Of a stretch of 64,000 nucleotides of DNA, positions 28,724-39,677 are shown piece by piece. Origin of the DNA: an uncultured Alphaproteobacteria bacterium. Lineage in GTDB: Bacteria; Pseudomonadota; Alphaproteobacteria; HIMB59; GCA-002718135. Under the pieces are notes generated by a model, which was given only the letters and a program-made list of their open reading frames with translations, ran no database searches and was not told where the DNA came from. How positions within the stretch are numbered: the stretch's first letter is position 1; the number at the start of each line of letters is the position of its first letter. The position numbers and the translations under genes are program-made. The stretch spans positions 68,884-132,883 of the forward strand of contig CACILT010000002.1 in the NCBI GenBank assembly GCA_902587565.1. The letters run 5' to 3'.

Positions 28724-29416
28724 TCAACCGTGATGTTGTAAATCTTTTAAATAAATTAAATCTTTTAGTTCCTTATCTTTTTTTTCAATTTCCATATCTT
28801 TATTTTCGATTGTTGTTTTTAATTTGTTTAATTCTTTTTTAAAATTAAGATTTTTTTCTTTAATTTGGTTAATTTCTGATTTTAATATTGAATTTTCAAT
28901 ATTTACTTCTTCTACATTTTCAGAAGATATAGAATTAGCTAATTCAGTTTGTAATTTAAGAACTAAATTTTCATACTTTGATAATTGTTTTTTTAATTCA
29001 GTAATTTGATTTTCAAGTGAAACTATTTGTTCAATATTTTGTGAATAATTTTCTTCAGAGTTATTCTCTAAATCTGAGATGTTGCTAAGGGATTGTTCAT
29101 AATCATTTTTGACAGTGTTAAACGATTTATTTAAATCATTTATTTCTTTGCGAAGATTTTTAATTTGATCATCTCTAAATTTTAACCTTTGATCTTTTTG
29201 GAATATTTCAAGTTTTAACTCTTCTATTTCAGTTCTTAAGCTTGATTCATCGACAACATTACTTGGAATGATTTCATCCAAAGGTTGTTTTTCTTCTGTT
29301 GTAAAATCTATAGAGGGTAAATAGAAAAAAATACCAATTATTGCCAGAATAAATATAATAAATAAATATCTGTTCCTTCTTCTTTTTCTTGCACGTGCCC
29401 CAACAAAACCTACCAT
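28724..29416 (-). CDS. Membrane-anchored coiled-coil protein, unknown function
   Basis: N-terminal RKRRRNRY followed by a TM helix, then about 170 aa of heptad-rich E/K/L/N sequence. Confidence 0.5.
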   Translation of the reverse strand: MVGFVGARARKRRRNRYLFIIFILAIIGIFFYLPSIDFTTEEKQPLDEIIPSNVVDESSLRTEIEELKLEIFQKDQRLKFRDDQIKNLRKEINDLNKSFNTVKNDYEQSLSNISDLENNSEENYSQNIEQIVSLENQITELKKQLSKYENLVLKLQTELANSISSENVEEVNIENSILKSEINQIKEKNLNFKKELNKLKTTIENKDMEIEKKDKELKDLIYLKDLQHHG

Positions 29417-29454
29417 AAGAGCTCTATAAGGCGCTAGTTATAAAAAATAAATAT

Positions 29455-30282
29455 TTAATTTTTGTTAAATTGTGGATCTAAGGAGTATGTTGTTAATCTA
29501 AGATATTCGGTAATTTGTTTGATATCTCCGATATTTTTTAAAGTTTCATATGAAATTAAAGATCCAAAATACATATAAATATTATCGCCAATTTTTCTTT
29601 TAAGTTCGTACATACATAAAGAGTATCTAAATGTTTGTCCGATTTTATTAGCAATGTGGTAAAGTTGACTATTTTGACCATCAAAAAAAATTGGTAACAC
29701 AGGGCTTTTAGTTTTAAGAACTAGTTTCGATACCCATTGTTTCCACTCACCATCGTCAGCTTTTGTATTTTTTAAGTTTTGTTTAGTTGCTATCGTTCCG
29801 GAAGGAAAAAGAACTAGAACACCTTCATTATGCAAAACTTTTTCAGCTTCTTTACGTGTATTAATGTTAGTTATTAGAGCTTCTCTATTTCCATTAAAAT
29901 CAATTGGTAATATTTTGTCTTTTACTGCCTCTGCTTGCCTTAAGACTTTATGTGTAACCATTTTATAATCTTGTCTTACTTTTGAAATTGCTGAACATAT
30001 GGATACACCATCAGCAACTCCAAAAGCATGATTTGCTATAACAATTAATTTTCCTTTTTTTGGAATGTAACTACCTTCTTTAAAATTAGTTATTAAAGTA
30101 AAATTTAATTTATCTACTGCATCATCCCAAAAAAGCTCAGCAGGTCTATTTTCAGATAAATATTCATCATATAATTTTTTTAATTTTAATTTTCCTGTTA
30201 ATAATTCAGTAATCTTAATAAATATTTGACCAATAAAATTTACTTCCGCTGTTGCAAATGTAAATACAATTTTATTTTTCAT
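29455..30282 (-). CDS. Lysophospholipid (PlsC-type) acyltransferase family protein
   Basis: HX4D motif NHAFGVADG and a later FPSGT motif. Confidence 0.65.
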   Translation of the reverse strand: MKNKIVFTFATAEVNFIGQIFIKITELLTGKLKLKKLYDEYLSENRPAELFWDDAVDKLNFTLITNFKEGSYIPKKGKLIVIANHAFGVADGVSICSAISKVRQDYKMVTHKVLRQAEAVKDKILPIDFNGNREALITNINTRKEAEKVLHNEGVLVLFPSGTIATKQNLKNTKADDGEWKQWVSKLVLKTKSPVLPIFFDGQNSQLYHIANKIGQTFRYSLCMYELKRKIGDNIYMYFGSLISYETLKNIGDIKQITEYLRLTTYSLDPQFNKN

Positions 30283-30328
30283 AATGAAAATAAATTAATT
30301 TAAATTAAATAAGTATTTTTCAAATATA

Positions 30329-31957
30329 TTACATGTTTGCATAATTTGGTCCCCCACTACCTTCAGGTACAACCCAATTTATGTTTTGTGATGGCTCTTT
30401 AATATCGCATGTTTTACAATGAATACAGTTTTGTGCATTAATTACAAATTTGGGATTTTGAGTATCTGTCTTATCAATCTCATATACACCAGCAGGACAA
30501 TATCTTTGAGATGGCTCATCATAAGCATCTAAAGTAAATTTTATTGGTAATTCCTTATCCTTTAATTGTAAATGCACTGGCTGATCAGCTTCATGATTAG
30601 TTCCAGTCAAATAAACAGAACTGGTTTTATCAAAAGTAAATATTCCATCATATTTTGGATAATCTATTTTTTTTGAATCTTTTGCTAGTTTTAAAGCTTC
30701 ATGATCAGCATGTTTATGTTTTAGTGTAAAAGGAAGCTTACCTCTAAATATTATTTGATCAATACCTGTAAATATTATTGCAGGTATTAGTCCCCAATTA
30801 AAACTAGGTTTTACATTCCTTGCTGCAAACAATTCTTTATAAACCCATGAACGTTTAAATTTATCTTCATATGCTGCAAGAGACACAGATTTACTTAAAT
30901 AATCATTAATTGTTTCAGCAGCTATAATTCCACTTTTCATTGCAGTATGTGAACCTTTAATCTTTGGCATATTTAAGGTGCCTGCATCGCATCCAACTAG
31001 TAATCCGCCCGGCATATACATTGTAGGTAAGCTTTGAATACCACCTTCAATAAGTGCCCTTGCTCCATAAGCAATACGTTTTCCATTAGTGAGAATTTTC
31101 TTAATTGCTGGATGGGTTTTAAATTTTTGAAATTCATCATAAGGTGATAAATAAGGATTTTTATAATCAAGACCAATTACATATCCTAAAAATATTTGTT
31201 TATTTTCAGCATGATAACAAAAACTGCCACCATAAGTTGCATTATCTAATGGCCATCCAGCAGTATGCATTACAAGACCTTCTTCATGCTGACTTTCATC
31301 TATTTCCCAAATTTCTTTAAACCCAATTCCGTATTGTTGTGGTGACTTATCTTTCGATAAATTATATTTTTTAATTAATTCTTTACCTAAATGACCTCTG
31401 CAACCCTCAGCAAATACTGTTACTTTAGCATTAATATTAATACCTGGTTCAAAACTATCTTTTTTGTTACCGTCTTTATCAATACCCATATCACCAGTTT
31501 GAACACCAACTACATGATCTTCATCTGAATATAAAATTTTAGATGCAGCAAATCCTGGAAAAATTTCTACTCCTAAACTTTCAGCCTCACTTGCAAGCCA
31601 TCTACATAAATTTGCAAGACTTATGATATAATTCTTATGATTTTTTTGAACACTAGGAAGAAGCCATGTAGGCCAATTTAATGAGCCTTTCTTAGATAAG
31701 AATAAAAACTTTTCTTTTGTTACTTTAGTTTTAATTGGTGAGTCTTTACTTCTCCAATCAGGTATTAATTCATCGAGTGCTCTTGTTTCAAAAACATTAC
31801 CACTTAAAATATGAGCACCTACCTCTGATCCCTTTTCTAATACACAAACATTAATTTCTGGGTTCAGCTGTTTTAGTTTAATTGCAGTTGAAAGGCCTGA
31901 TGGACCAGCACCTACAACAACAACATCATAGTACATTGACTCGCGTTCTACTTCCAT
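30329..31957 (-). CDS. Electron-transfer flavoprotein:ubiquinone oxidoreductase
   Basis: YDVVVVGAGPSGLS and a C-terminal 4Fe-4S motif (CIHCKTCDIKEP...NINWVVPEGSGGPNY). Confidence 0.93.
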   Translation of the reverse strand: MEVERESMYYDVVVVGAGPSGLSTAIKLKQLNPEINVCVLEKGSEVGAHILSGNVFETRALDELIPDWRSKDSPIKTKVTKEKFLFLSKKGSLNWPTWLLPSVQKNHKNYIISLANLCRWLASEAESLGVEIFPGFAASKILYSDEDHVVGVQTGDMGIDKDGNKKDSFEPGININAKVTVFAEGCRGHLGKELIKKYNLSKDKSPQQYGIGFKEIWEIDESQHEEGLVMHTAGWPLDNATYGGSFCYHAENKQIFLGYVIGLDYKNPYLSPYDEFQKFKTHPAIKKILTNGKRIAYGARALIEGGIQSLPTMYMPGGLLVGCDAGTLNMPKIKGSHTAMKSGIIAAETINDYLSKSVSLAAYEDKFKRSWVYKELFAARNVKPSFNWGLIPAIIFTGIDQIIFRGKLPFTLKHKHADHEALKLAKDSKKIDYPKYDGIFTFDKTSSVYLTGTNHEADQPVHLQLKDKELPIKFTLDAYDEPSQRYCPAGVYEIDKTDTQNPKFVINAQNCIHCKTCDIKEPSQNINWVVPEGSGGPNYANM

Positions 31958-31980
31958 TTTATTTATTGTAATAAATTAAT

Positions 31981-32934
31981 TTATTGTTGAATAGTATTTA
32001 ATTTATCTAGTTCAGAAGATAATTGAGGCAATGCCTCAAATAAATCAGCGTTTAATCCATAATCAGCAACATTAAATATTGGCGCTTCTTCATCTTTATT
32101 GATTGCAACAATTACCTTACTTTCTTTCATACCTGCTAAGTGCTGTATTGCACCAGAAATTCCGACGGCAATATACAAATCTGGAACAACTACTTTGCCA
32201 GTTTGCCCAACTTGATAATCATTAGAAACATAACCAGCATCTACAGCAGCACGAGAAGCACCAACTGCCGCATTAAGCTTATCTGCTATTTCATTTAAAA
32301 GTTTAAAATTTTCGGCGCTTTGTAATCCTCTGCCACCGGATATCACAACTCGAGCAGTACTTAACTCTGGTCTTTCAGATTGAGATTCTTCTCTATCTAA
32401 AAATTCAACACTGCCACTATCATTATCAAAAGAAATATTTTCGATCTGTTCTTTTCCACCGCTAGTTTCTACAGGATCAAACGATGTTGGTCTTACTGTT
32501 ACTACTTTAATCTTGTCGTTTGATTTAACTGTTGCAATAGCGTTACCAGCGTAAATTGGCCTCATAAAAGTATCGGAACTTATTATTTTTATAACATCAC
32601 TAACTTGTGCAGTATCTAGTTTAACGGCAATTCTAGGAAAAATATTTTTTCCAAATGTTGTCGCAGGTGCCATTATGTGGGAATAATTATTGGCTAAAGA
32701 TACAACGATAGGCTCAATATTTTCAGCAATTGGGTTTTTAAGTTTTTCATTATTGGCTAAATATACTTTTGAAACTTTTTCACATTTAGAGATATTTTTA
32801 GCTAGCTCTTCACATTCATAGCCTGTTACCAAAACATGGATATCTTGGTTTATTTGCGATGCTGCAGATATAGTATTTAAGGTTGATGATTTGATATCTA
32901 TATTATTATGTTCTGCTAATACTAATATTGTCAT
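31981..32934 (-). CDS. etfA: Electron transfer flavoprotein subunit alpha
   Basis: VISGGRG and [17 protein letters not shown]. Confidence 0.92.
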   Translation of the reverse strand: MTILVLAEHNNIDIKSSTLNTISAASQINQDIHVLVTGYECEELAKNISKCEKVSKVYLANNEKLKNPIAENIEPIVVSLANNYSHIMAPATTFGKNIFPRIAVKLDTAQVSDVIKIISSDTFMRPIYAGNAIATVKSNDKIKVVTVRPTSFDPVETSGGKEQIENISFDNDSGSVEFLDREESQSERPELSTARVVISGGRGLQSAENFKLLNEIADKLNAAVGASRAAVDAGYVSNDYQVGQTGKVVVPDLYIAVGISGAIQHLAGMKESKVIVAINKDEEAPIFNVADYGLNADLFEALPQLSSELDKLNTIQQ

Positions 32935-33680
32935 ATAACTTTTGCCTCATGTTTAAGTTTTTGAACCAGTTCTGCAACATCGCTTACCATAATTCCTTTT
33001 TGTCTGATAGGTGGTTCTTCTACTTTTATTTGTTCAATCCTAGGTTCTATATTTATACCAAGTGAAGATGCATCTTTTGTATCAATTGGTTTTTTCTTTG
33101 CTTTCATTATATTTGGTAAAGAGGCATATCTAGGTTCATTCAGTCGAAGATCACATGATGCTACAAATGGTATAGATACTTTTATTCTTTCTAAACCTTC
33201 ATCTATTTCTCTTGTAACGATTGCATTTTGCCCGTCAATTTCAATTTTAGATGCGAATGTGGCCTGAGGCCAATTAAGTAAAGCAGATGTCATTTGACCA
33301 GTTTGATTACAGTCATCATCAATTGCTTGTTTACCCATTAAAATAATTGATGGTTTTTCTTCTTCAGCCACTTTAGAAATTATTTTTGAAATAGCTAGAG
33401 GCTCTAGATCATTGTCTGTTTTAATATGTATACCCCTATCAGCTCCCATTGCTAATGCAGTTCGAATAGTTTCTTGAGCCTTATCATTACCTATAGAAAG
33501 AATTATAATTTCATCCGCTTTACCAGCTTCTTTTATTCGTAGAGCTTCCTCTACCGCATTTTCATCAGGCGGATTCATGGACATTTTTACATTATCTTTT
33601 TCTACTCCTGAACCATCAGCTTTAACCCTGATTTGAACATTATAATCTATGACTCTTTTTACGGTGACCAGTAACTTCAT
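32931..33680 (-). CDS. etfB: Electron transfer flavoprotein subunit beta
   Basis: [19 protein letters not shown]...[14 protein letters not shown]...[17 protein letters not shown]. Confidence 0.92.
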   Translation of the reverse strand: MKLLVTVKRVIDYNVQIRVKADGSGVEKDNVKMSMNPPDENAVEEALRIKEAGKADEIIILSIGNDKAQETIRTALAMGADRGIHIKTDNDLEPLAISKIISKVAEEEKPSIILMGKQAIDDDCNQTGQMTSALLNWPQATFASKIEIDGQNAIVTREIDEGLERIKVSIPFVASCDLRLNEPRYASLPNIMKAKKKPIDTKDASSLGINIEPRIEQIKVEEPPIRQKGIMVSDVAELVQKLKHEAKVI

Positions 33681-33681
33681 A

Positions 33682-36117
33682 CTATTGTTTTAGTTTTTCA
33701 TTTTCAGGATCATAAGGACTGTCTTCTATAACAGTAACATTATATTTTTTATCTAATATATCCATTTCTAATTTTTGACCAACGTTTGCAAATTGAGGTT
33801 CCACCATACCAATAGCTAATGATTTTTTCACTCTAAAACCATAGTTACCTCCTGTCGCACGACCTATAACTTTTCCATTATTATAAATTGGATTATTACC
33901 CAAAGCATCTGCATCTTCAACGTCATGAACCTCTAAAGTTACCATTTTGTTTTTAAAACCATTTTGCTGCCATTTAACTAGAGAATCTCTTCCAATAAAA
34001 TTCCCTTTGTTTAAATGCACAAATCTATCTAACCCAGACTCAAAAGCTGCGTATTCTATAGACATTTCAGTACCAACCAATTTGTATGTTTTTTCAACAC
34101 GTAAGCTTTCCATCGCTCTTATACCAAATGGTTTTAGTCCATGATCTTTTCCTGCTTCCATCAATTTATCAAAAATATGGTTTTGATATTCAATTGGATG
34201 ATGTAATTCCCATCCAAGTTCTCCTACAAAATTCATACGCATAGCAATACTAGGAGCTAAACCAACATTAATTTTTTTTGACGATAGCCAAGGGAAATTT
34301 TCATTAGATAAATCAGTCTTTGTAATTTTAGAGAGAATATCTCTTGATTTCGGTCCTGCTAAAACAAGAACGCCCATACTATTAGTTAAATTTTCATAAA
34401 TCACTGAACCATCTTTGGGCATCCATTTATGAATCCAATCATGATCTAATCGTTGAAAGGCTCCTGCTGAAACTAAATAAAAGCAATTTTCTTTTTCTTT
34501 TGCAATTGTGAATTCTGAGTGAACTCCTCCAGCAGTGTTTAGTGCATGACAAAGATTAACTCTTCCAGTTTTTTTAGGAATTTTGTTTGCAACTAAATAG
34601 TCTAGAAACTCCTCTGCACCAGGTCCTGAAATCCGGCATTTAGCAAAGGCAGTCATATCTAGAAGGCCCGCATTATCCTGAACATTTAAGCACTCGTTGC
34701 CAACATGCTCAAACCATTTTGATCTTCTAAATGACCAATCATCTTTTTGTAATTCTTTTGAAGGTGCAAACCAGTTAGCGCGTTCCCAACCAAACTTTTG
34801 ACCAAAAACTGCACCAAGATTTTTTAATCTATCATAACAAGGAGCTTGTCTTAATGGACGTCCCTCTTCTCTTTCTTCGTCAGGATAGTGTACTGTAAAG
34901 ACGTTCGCGTAAGCTTCTTCATTCTTTTTAATCAAATATGCCTCTGTAGCATAATCACCAAATCTTCTTGGATCTACACCTAACATATCAATTGTAGGTT
35001 CACCGCCCACTATCCACTCGGCAATTTGCCATCCAGCTCCACCAGCTGCAGTAATTCCAAAACTATGACCTTCATTTAACCAGAAATTTTTAAGTCCCCA
35101 TGCCGGTCCAACAATAGGACTTCCATCTGGTGTATAACAAATAGCACCATTGTAAACTTTCTTAACTCCAACTTCTCCAAAAATAGGAACACGGTGCATT
35201 GCTGATTCAATGTGAGGTTCTAAACGCTCTAGATCTTCTTGAAATAATTCGAATTCAGATTCTTTATCAGGTCCATCAACATAACAAACGGGAGCTCCTT
35301 TTTCATATGGCCCTAAAATCAATCCTCCTCTTTCTTCACGCATGTACCAAGAACTATCAGAATCTCTTAAGACTCCCATTTCAGGAAGTCCTTGTTCTTT
35401 TCTTTTTAATATTTCAGGATGATCATCGGTCACAATGTATTGATGTTCAACAGGTATAACTGGAATGTCAAGTCCGACCATCTTTCCAGTCTGTCTTGCA
35501 AAATTACCACTACATGACACTACATGCTCACATTCAATTGAGCCTTTATCAGTTTCTACAATCCATAAATCATCTTTATTTTTTTTAATTCCTATTACAG
35601 ATGTGTTTCTATAAATTTCCGCACCTTTATCTCTTGCGCCTTTTGCAAGTGCTTGAGTAAGGTCGGCAGGTTGAATATAGCCATCCTCAGGATGCTGAAT
35701 TGCACCTATCAAACCATCGGTATTACAAAGTGGCCAAATTTCTTTCACTTGTTCAGGAGTTAAAAACTTGACATCAACGCCAATAGTTTTTGCAACACCA
35801 GAATATTGATAATACTCATCCATTCTGTCTTGAGTAGTTGCTAAACGAATATTTGAAACGACACTAAAGCCTACTTTTTGACCGGTTTCTTCTTCAAGTG
35901 TTTTATATAATTTAACTGCATATTTATGTAATTGACCTACTGAGTAACTCATATTAAATAAAGGAAGAAGTCCCGCTGCGTGCCAGGTGGATCCTGATGT
36001 TAATTCTTTTCTTTCAACAAGAACTACATCTGACCATCCTTTTTTAGCTAAATGATAAAGTGTACTAACACCTACCGCTCCTCCACCTATTACAACAACT
36101 TTTGATTTTGATTTCAT
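33682..36117 (-). CDS. Dimethylglycine dehydrogenase-like flavoprotein (DAO domain plus GcvT folate-binding domain)
   Basis: 811 aa with [27 protein letters not shown] (covalent-FAD His context) and a C-terminal aminomethyltransferase domain. Adjacent to etfBA. Confidence 0.85.
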   Translation of the reverse strand: MKSKSKVVVIGGGAVGVSTLYHLAKKGWSDVVLVERKELTSGSTWHAAGLLPLFNMSYSVGQLHKYAVKLYKTLEEETGQKVGFSVVSNIRLATTQDRMDEYYQYSGVAKTIGVDVKFLTPEQVKEIWPLCNTDGLIGAIQHPEDGYIQPADLTQALAKGARDKGAEIYRNTSVIGIKKNKDDLWIVETDKGSIECEHVVSCSGNFARQTGKMVGLDIPVIPVEHQYIVTDDHPEILKRKEQGLPEMGVLRDSDSSWYMREERGGLILGPYEKGAPVCYVDGPDKESEFELFQEDLERLEPHIESAMHRVPIFGEVGVKKVYNGAICYTPDGSPIVGPAWGLKNFWLNEGHSFGITAAGGAGWQIAEWIVGGEPTIDMLGVDPRRFGDYATEAYLIKKNEEAYANVFTVHYPDEEREEGRPLRQAPCYDRLKNLGAVFGQKFGWERANWFAPSKELQKDDWSFRRSKWFEHVGNECLNVQDNAGLLDMTAFAKCRISGPGAEEFLDYLVANKIPKKTGRVNLCHALNTAGGVHSEFTIAKEKENCFYLVSAGAFQRLDHDWIHKWMPKDGSVIYENLTNSMGVLVLAGPKSRDILSKITKTDLSNENFPWLSSKKINVGLAPSIAMRMNFVGELGWELHHPIEYQNHIFDKLMEAGKDHGLKPFGIRAMESLRVEKTYKLVGTEMSIEYAAFESGLDRFVHLNKGNFIGRDSLVKWQQNGFKNKMVTLEVHDVEDADALGNNPIYNNGKVIGRATGGNYGFRVKKSLAIGMVEPQFANVGQKLEMDILDKKYNVTVIEDSPYDPENEKLKQ

Positions 36118-36171
36118 TATTACTATTTAATACTGTACTTCATTAATCATAATAAATAGAGTGGGTCAATC

Positions 36172-36795
36172 ATGAGATACTTTAAAAGAATAATTATAGG
36201 GGTTATTGTTAGTGCGTTAAGTTGTCTACCTCTTTATGCGACTGACTTAACAGTAAAAGATTTGTTTTTTGATGATTCAAAACCTTATCATTTGAAAATT
36301 ATAGACGTTATTCCAAATGAAGGAATCATTCAAATCGGTAAAGATGATGCAAAAAATACCATCATTGAATTTATGGATTACTTTTGTGGTTATTGTAAAA
36401 AAGTTCATCCTGAATTACTAGAAATCGTAAATGAAAGAGATGACACTCGTCTAATTTTTATTCAACATCCAGTTTTAAGTGAATCATCAAAATTATTAGC
36501 AAGCATGGTAATTGCAGCAAATATGCAAGATAAAGGTGTGGAGTTTCATAATGCTTTATTTGGTATTGATGGAAATTTAAATAACGCGAAGTTAAGTAAA
36601 ATCATTGAAAATCTGGAAATTAATGCAGCTAAGTTAAACATCGATATGACAAAAAAGTCAGTTACTAATATAGTTAATTTAAGTTCATTTTTAGCTAATG
36701 GATCTGGTGCAAGAGGAACACCTACTTTTTTTATTAATAATGAATTTGTCATTGGCTATATTGACAAAGATCGAATTAACAATCTATTAAACTGA
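36172..36795 (+). CDS. DsbA-family thiol:disulfide oxidoreductase
   Basis: Signal peptide, active site CGYC, and GTPTFFIN near the C-terminus. Confidence 0.8.
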   Translation: MRYFKRIIIGVIVSALSCLPLYATDLTVKDLFFDDSKPYHLKIIDVIPNEGIIQIGKDDAKNTIIEFMDYFCGYCKKVHPELLEIVNERDDTRLIFIQHPVLSESSKLLASMVIAANMQDKGVEFHNALFGIDGNLNNAKLSKIIENLEINAAKLNIDMTKKSVTNIVNLSSFLANGSGARGTPTFFINNEFVIGYIDKDRINNLLN

Positions 36796-36796
36796 A

Positions 36797-36822
36797 AAAG
36801 GCCTTATTGTAATAAGGCCTTT
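36797..36822. terminator. Bidirectional rho-independent terminator between convergent genes
   Basis: Perfect 12-bp palindromic arms aaaggccttatt-gt-aataaggccttt, flanked by A-runs and T-runs. Confidence 0.75.
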
Positions 36823-36839
36823 GTAAAAAATTATAAAAA

Positions 36840-38174
36840 TTATTTATCTACAACTTCCCTGGTATTAGCATTATGTGATTCAGTAAAAGGAATTGGCACA
36901 ACTTCTGCATCTACTGGTACACCAGGTGAGTCTGCATATATATCAGGTAGATGAACCTTGAATTTACGACCAAAATTTCCAATAGGAAAACCATTTTTAT
37001 TTAGAGTTCCATCAAATGGTACATAGCCCATAGCAATGTTTCTTCCTTGCTCAGGATGATACCAGGGAGATGTTATGAATCCACAAGGTTCATTGCCATC
37101 TTCTGAAACAAGCCAAAAATCAGGAGCATATTCTTCGATAGGTTTTCCACCTAAGCTTAATCCAACTAATTGAAGCTTGTATGGTTTTTTTCCATCTTTT
37201 AAATCTGCCTTCATCTTTTCAAGAACAGTCTTACCAACATAGTCAGAAGTTTTATTCCACTCACCTTTACCGGATAAAGACACTTGATAACCTAGATTAC
37301 ATTGAAAAGGATTGTGCTGATTATCCATATCTTGACCCCAAGATAGAATGCCCGCTTGTATTCTACGGTGATGGGCTGGAGCTATGACCATAAGATTATG
37401 TTTTTTTCCTGCTTCTAAAACAGCATTCCACATATCATCAGCATATTTCGTTGAGTCATATAAGTATATTTCAAATCCTGCTTCTCCAGAAAAACCAGTT
37501 TGTGAGATTATACAATCTCTTCCACCAACTTTAGCAGCAGCAAGTCCATAAAATGGCATTTCATCAACTTTAACTTGATCACCTATTAAATCATTCATCA
37601 AAGCGTGAGCTTTTGGCCCTTGAATTTGAACTGGGCTTACATCTATTTCATCAATATGGACATTAAATCTATTATCATGATTTACACCTTGCAAATACAA
37701 ACCAATATCTGAGTCAGATAGAGAAAACCAAAACTCATCTTTAGAAATTCTTAGAAGAATAGGATCGTTTAAAACACCCCCATATTGATTACAGAGAATT
37801 ACATATCTTCCTCTCATTGGAGATATTTTTGTTGCATCTCTTGTTATAACGTAATCAACAAAAGCCTCAGCATCAGGGCCTTTAACTTGAATTTGTCTTT
37901 CAACTGCAACATTCCACATAGTAACATGGTTTTTAATTGCCTCATACTCGACCATTGCTCCACCATCCTCTGGTTTTACGTAACCTCTTGGATGGTAAAT
38001 CCTATTATAAACTGTTGCTCTCCAACATCCCGCCTCCATTGACAAATGCCAATAAGGTGATTTTCTCACTCTAGTTGAAATAAGCATTTGAACAGGTGTA
38101 GGACCACTTTGTCTTAAATTGTAGGGAACCTTTCTGTCCGATTGATCCACCGACGTAGAATGTTTAATCATCAT
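36840..38174 (-). CDS. GcvT/DmdA-family aminomethyltransferase-like (THF-dependent demethylase-like) protein, substrate unknown
   Basis: 444 aa. The layout RKSPYW...TVYNRIYHPRGY...WNVAVERQIQVKGPDAEAF...ILCNQYGGVLNDPILLRISKDEFWFSLSDSD...VSPVQIQGPKA matches the GcvT fold. It resembles the DmdA N-terminal pattern as I remember it. Confidence 0.7.
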   Translation of the reverse strand: MMIKHSTSVDQSDRKVPYNLRQSGPTPVQMLISTRVRKSPYWHLSMEAGCWRATVYNRIYHPRGYVKPEDGGAMVEYEAIKNHVTMWNVAVERQIQVKGPDAEAFVDYVITRDATKISPMRGRYVILCNQYGGVLNDPILLRISKDEFWFSLSDSDIGLYLQGVNHDNRFNVHIDEIDVSPVQIQGPKAHALMNDLIGDQVKVDEMPFYGLAAAKVGGRDCIISQTGFSGEAGFEIYLYDSTKYADDMWNAVLEAGKKHNLMVIAPAHHRRIQAGILSWGQDMDNQHNPFQCNLGYQVSLSGKGEWNKTSDYVGKTVLEKMKADLKDGKKPYKLQLVGLSLGGKPIEEYAPDFWLVSEDGNEPCGFITSPWYHPEQGRNIAMGYVPFDGTLNKNGFPIGNFGRKFKVHLPDIYADSPGVPVDAEVVPIPFTESHNANTREVVDK

Positions 38175-38271
38175 AAACTCCTTAAATAAATATGCTATTT
38201 GTGTATTTAATCTTTAAATACTCTGCAATGATAAAATGTATGTGATGTAAAAAAAATGGTGGACCTTAATT

Positions 38272-38300
38272 CTGTCAAAATTTCGTCTTAGTTTTGACAG
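38272..38300. promoter_or_regulatory. Inverted repeat CTGTCAAAA-N11-TTTTGACAG in a divergent intergenic region
   Basis: Perfect 9-bp arms. It lies in the 148-bp spacer between the GcvT-like gene and the OmpA-like lipoprotein gene, 23 bp upstream of the latter's ATG. Confidence 0.35.
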
Positions 38301-38322
38301 CAAAATTTAATAATGGGTCTTT

Positions 38323-39231
38323 ATGAAATTTAAAAATTTAATATCAATTATCTCTATTCTAATTTTTTTAACGGGTTGCTCCGCTAGCTATAAAAAACTA
38401 TCTAAAATGGAAACTAATAAGCCAAGAAACTTTCAAGAACACTTATTGTCCGAATACAAAAAAAGAGCTACTTTTGAAGCAGAAGAGATGCATGATTGGA
38501 ATTCAGCAAAACTATATTCTGAAAAAGCTCTCAAGAGTTTAGAAACTGATGAAATATATCCTGAAGAAATTTCATATTGGAAATTGCCAAAAAAAAATAT
38601 TAAGGAAATAAGAACTGCATATGATAACCTTATGACAATTTATAATGATGCAAAAAAAATTGATCCTTTAAATTTAGCAAAAGCTATTTCATCATTAGAT
38701 TGTTGGTCAGAGCAACAGGAAGAAAATTGGCAAACATGGGATATTAATAGTTGCAAGAATGATTTCTTGAACGCCATGCATAATATTTATGAAAAAATAT
38801 CGACTCAGGAAAATGAGCAGGAAACTTCAAGTGAGAAAGACAATAATTTAGAAAAAGAAACGAAAAATGAAGTAACAATTGTTACTAAAAATGAAAATAA
38901 AGAATTACTTCAAATAATATATTTTGATTTTGATCGATTCAATTTATCTGAAGTAAGTAAAGACAAAATAAAAAAATTTTTAAATAATTATGGAAGTGTC
39001 ATTAGTGAGTATCTTGTCGTTGGACATACTGACACAAAAGGAACAAATAAATATAATTTATCATTATCAATTAAAAGAGCTGAGGTTGTAAAAGAAATTT
39101 TAATTAATTATGGTATCAAAGAAAATAGTATTAAAATATTAGGCAAAGGGGAAGAATCTTTAGCTGTAAATACTCCAGATGATACCAAACAACCGGCAAA
39201 TAGAAGAGTAGAAATAAAAAAAACAAATTAA
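38323..39231 (+). CDS. OmpA-family lipoprotein
   Basis: Lipobox LTGC and a C-terminal OmpA-like domain (YFDFDRFNLS...VVGHTDTKGTNKYNLSLSIKRAE...NRRVEI). Confidence 0.85.
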   Translation: MKFKNLISIISILIFLTGCSASYKKLSKMETNKPRNFQEHLLSEYKKRATFEAEEMHDWNSAKLYSEKALKSLETDEIYPEEISYWKLPKKNIKEIRTAYDNLMTIYNDAKKIDPLNLAKAISSLDCWSEQQEENWQTWDINSCKNDFLNAMHNIYEKISTQENEQETSSEKDNNLEKETKNEVTIVTKNENKELLQIIYFDFDRFNLSEVSKDKIKKFLNNYGSVISEYLVVGHTDTKGTNKYNLSLSIKRAEVVKEILINYGIKENSIKILGKGEESLAVNTPDDTKQPANRRVEIKKTN

Positions 39232-39271
39232 CTTTTGTTTACAATTATTTTGGTATATTGAGCTTTCTTCA

Positions 39272-39664
39272 ATGTATTCTAAAACAACAAAAAAAATAAA
39301 CATTACTGTAAAACCATATTATCTCGAAGATCAATCTGAGCCAGAAGATCAGCATTATGTATGGGCATATAAGGTAACGATTGATAATCAAGGTAACGAA
39401 AAAGTGCAACTTGTAAACAGGCACTGGAAAATTATTGATGCTAATGGCACATTACAAGAAGTTCGTGGAAAAGGTGTTGTAGGTGAACAACCTGTACTAA
39501 ATCCAGGTGAAAAATTTGAATATACAAGTGGGACGCCCTTAACTACTTCATCCGGTTTTATGGAAGGAACTTACGAGATGCAAAATGATAATGGTAACAC
39601 TTTTGATGTTCAGATACCTCAGTTTTCATTAGATACACCATTTGAAAATAACAAATTAAATTAA
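39272..39664 (+). CDS. apaG: ApaG protein
   Basis: 130 aa with YVWAYKVTIDNQGNEKVQLVNRHWKIIDANG...VRGKGVVGEQPVLNPGE. Confidence 0.9.
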   Translation: MYSKTTKKINITVKPYYLEDQSEPEDQHYVWAYKVTIDNQGNEKVQLVNRHWKIIDANGTLQEVRGKGVVGEQPVLNPGEKFEYTSGTPLTTSSGFMEGTYEMQNDNGNTFDVQIPQFSLDTPFENNKLN

Positions 39665-39677
39665 TTAAAAAAAAAGA

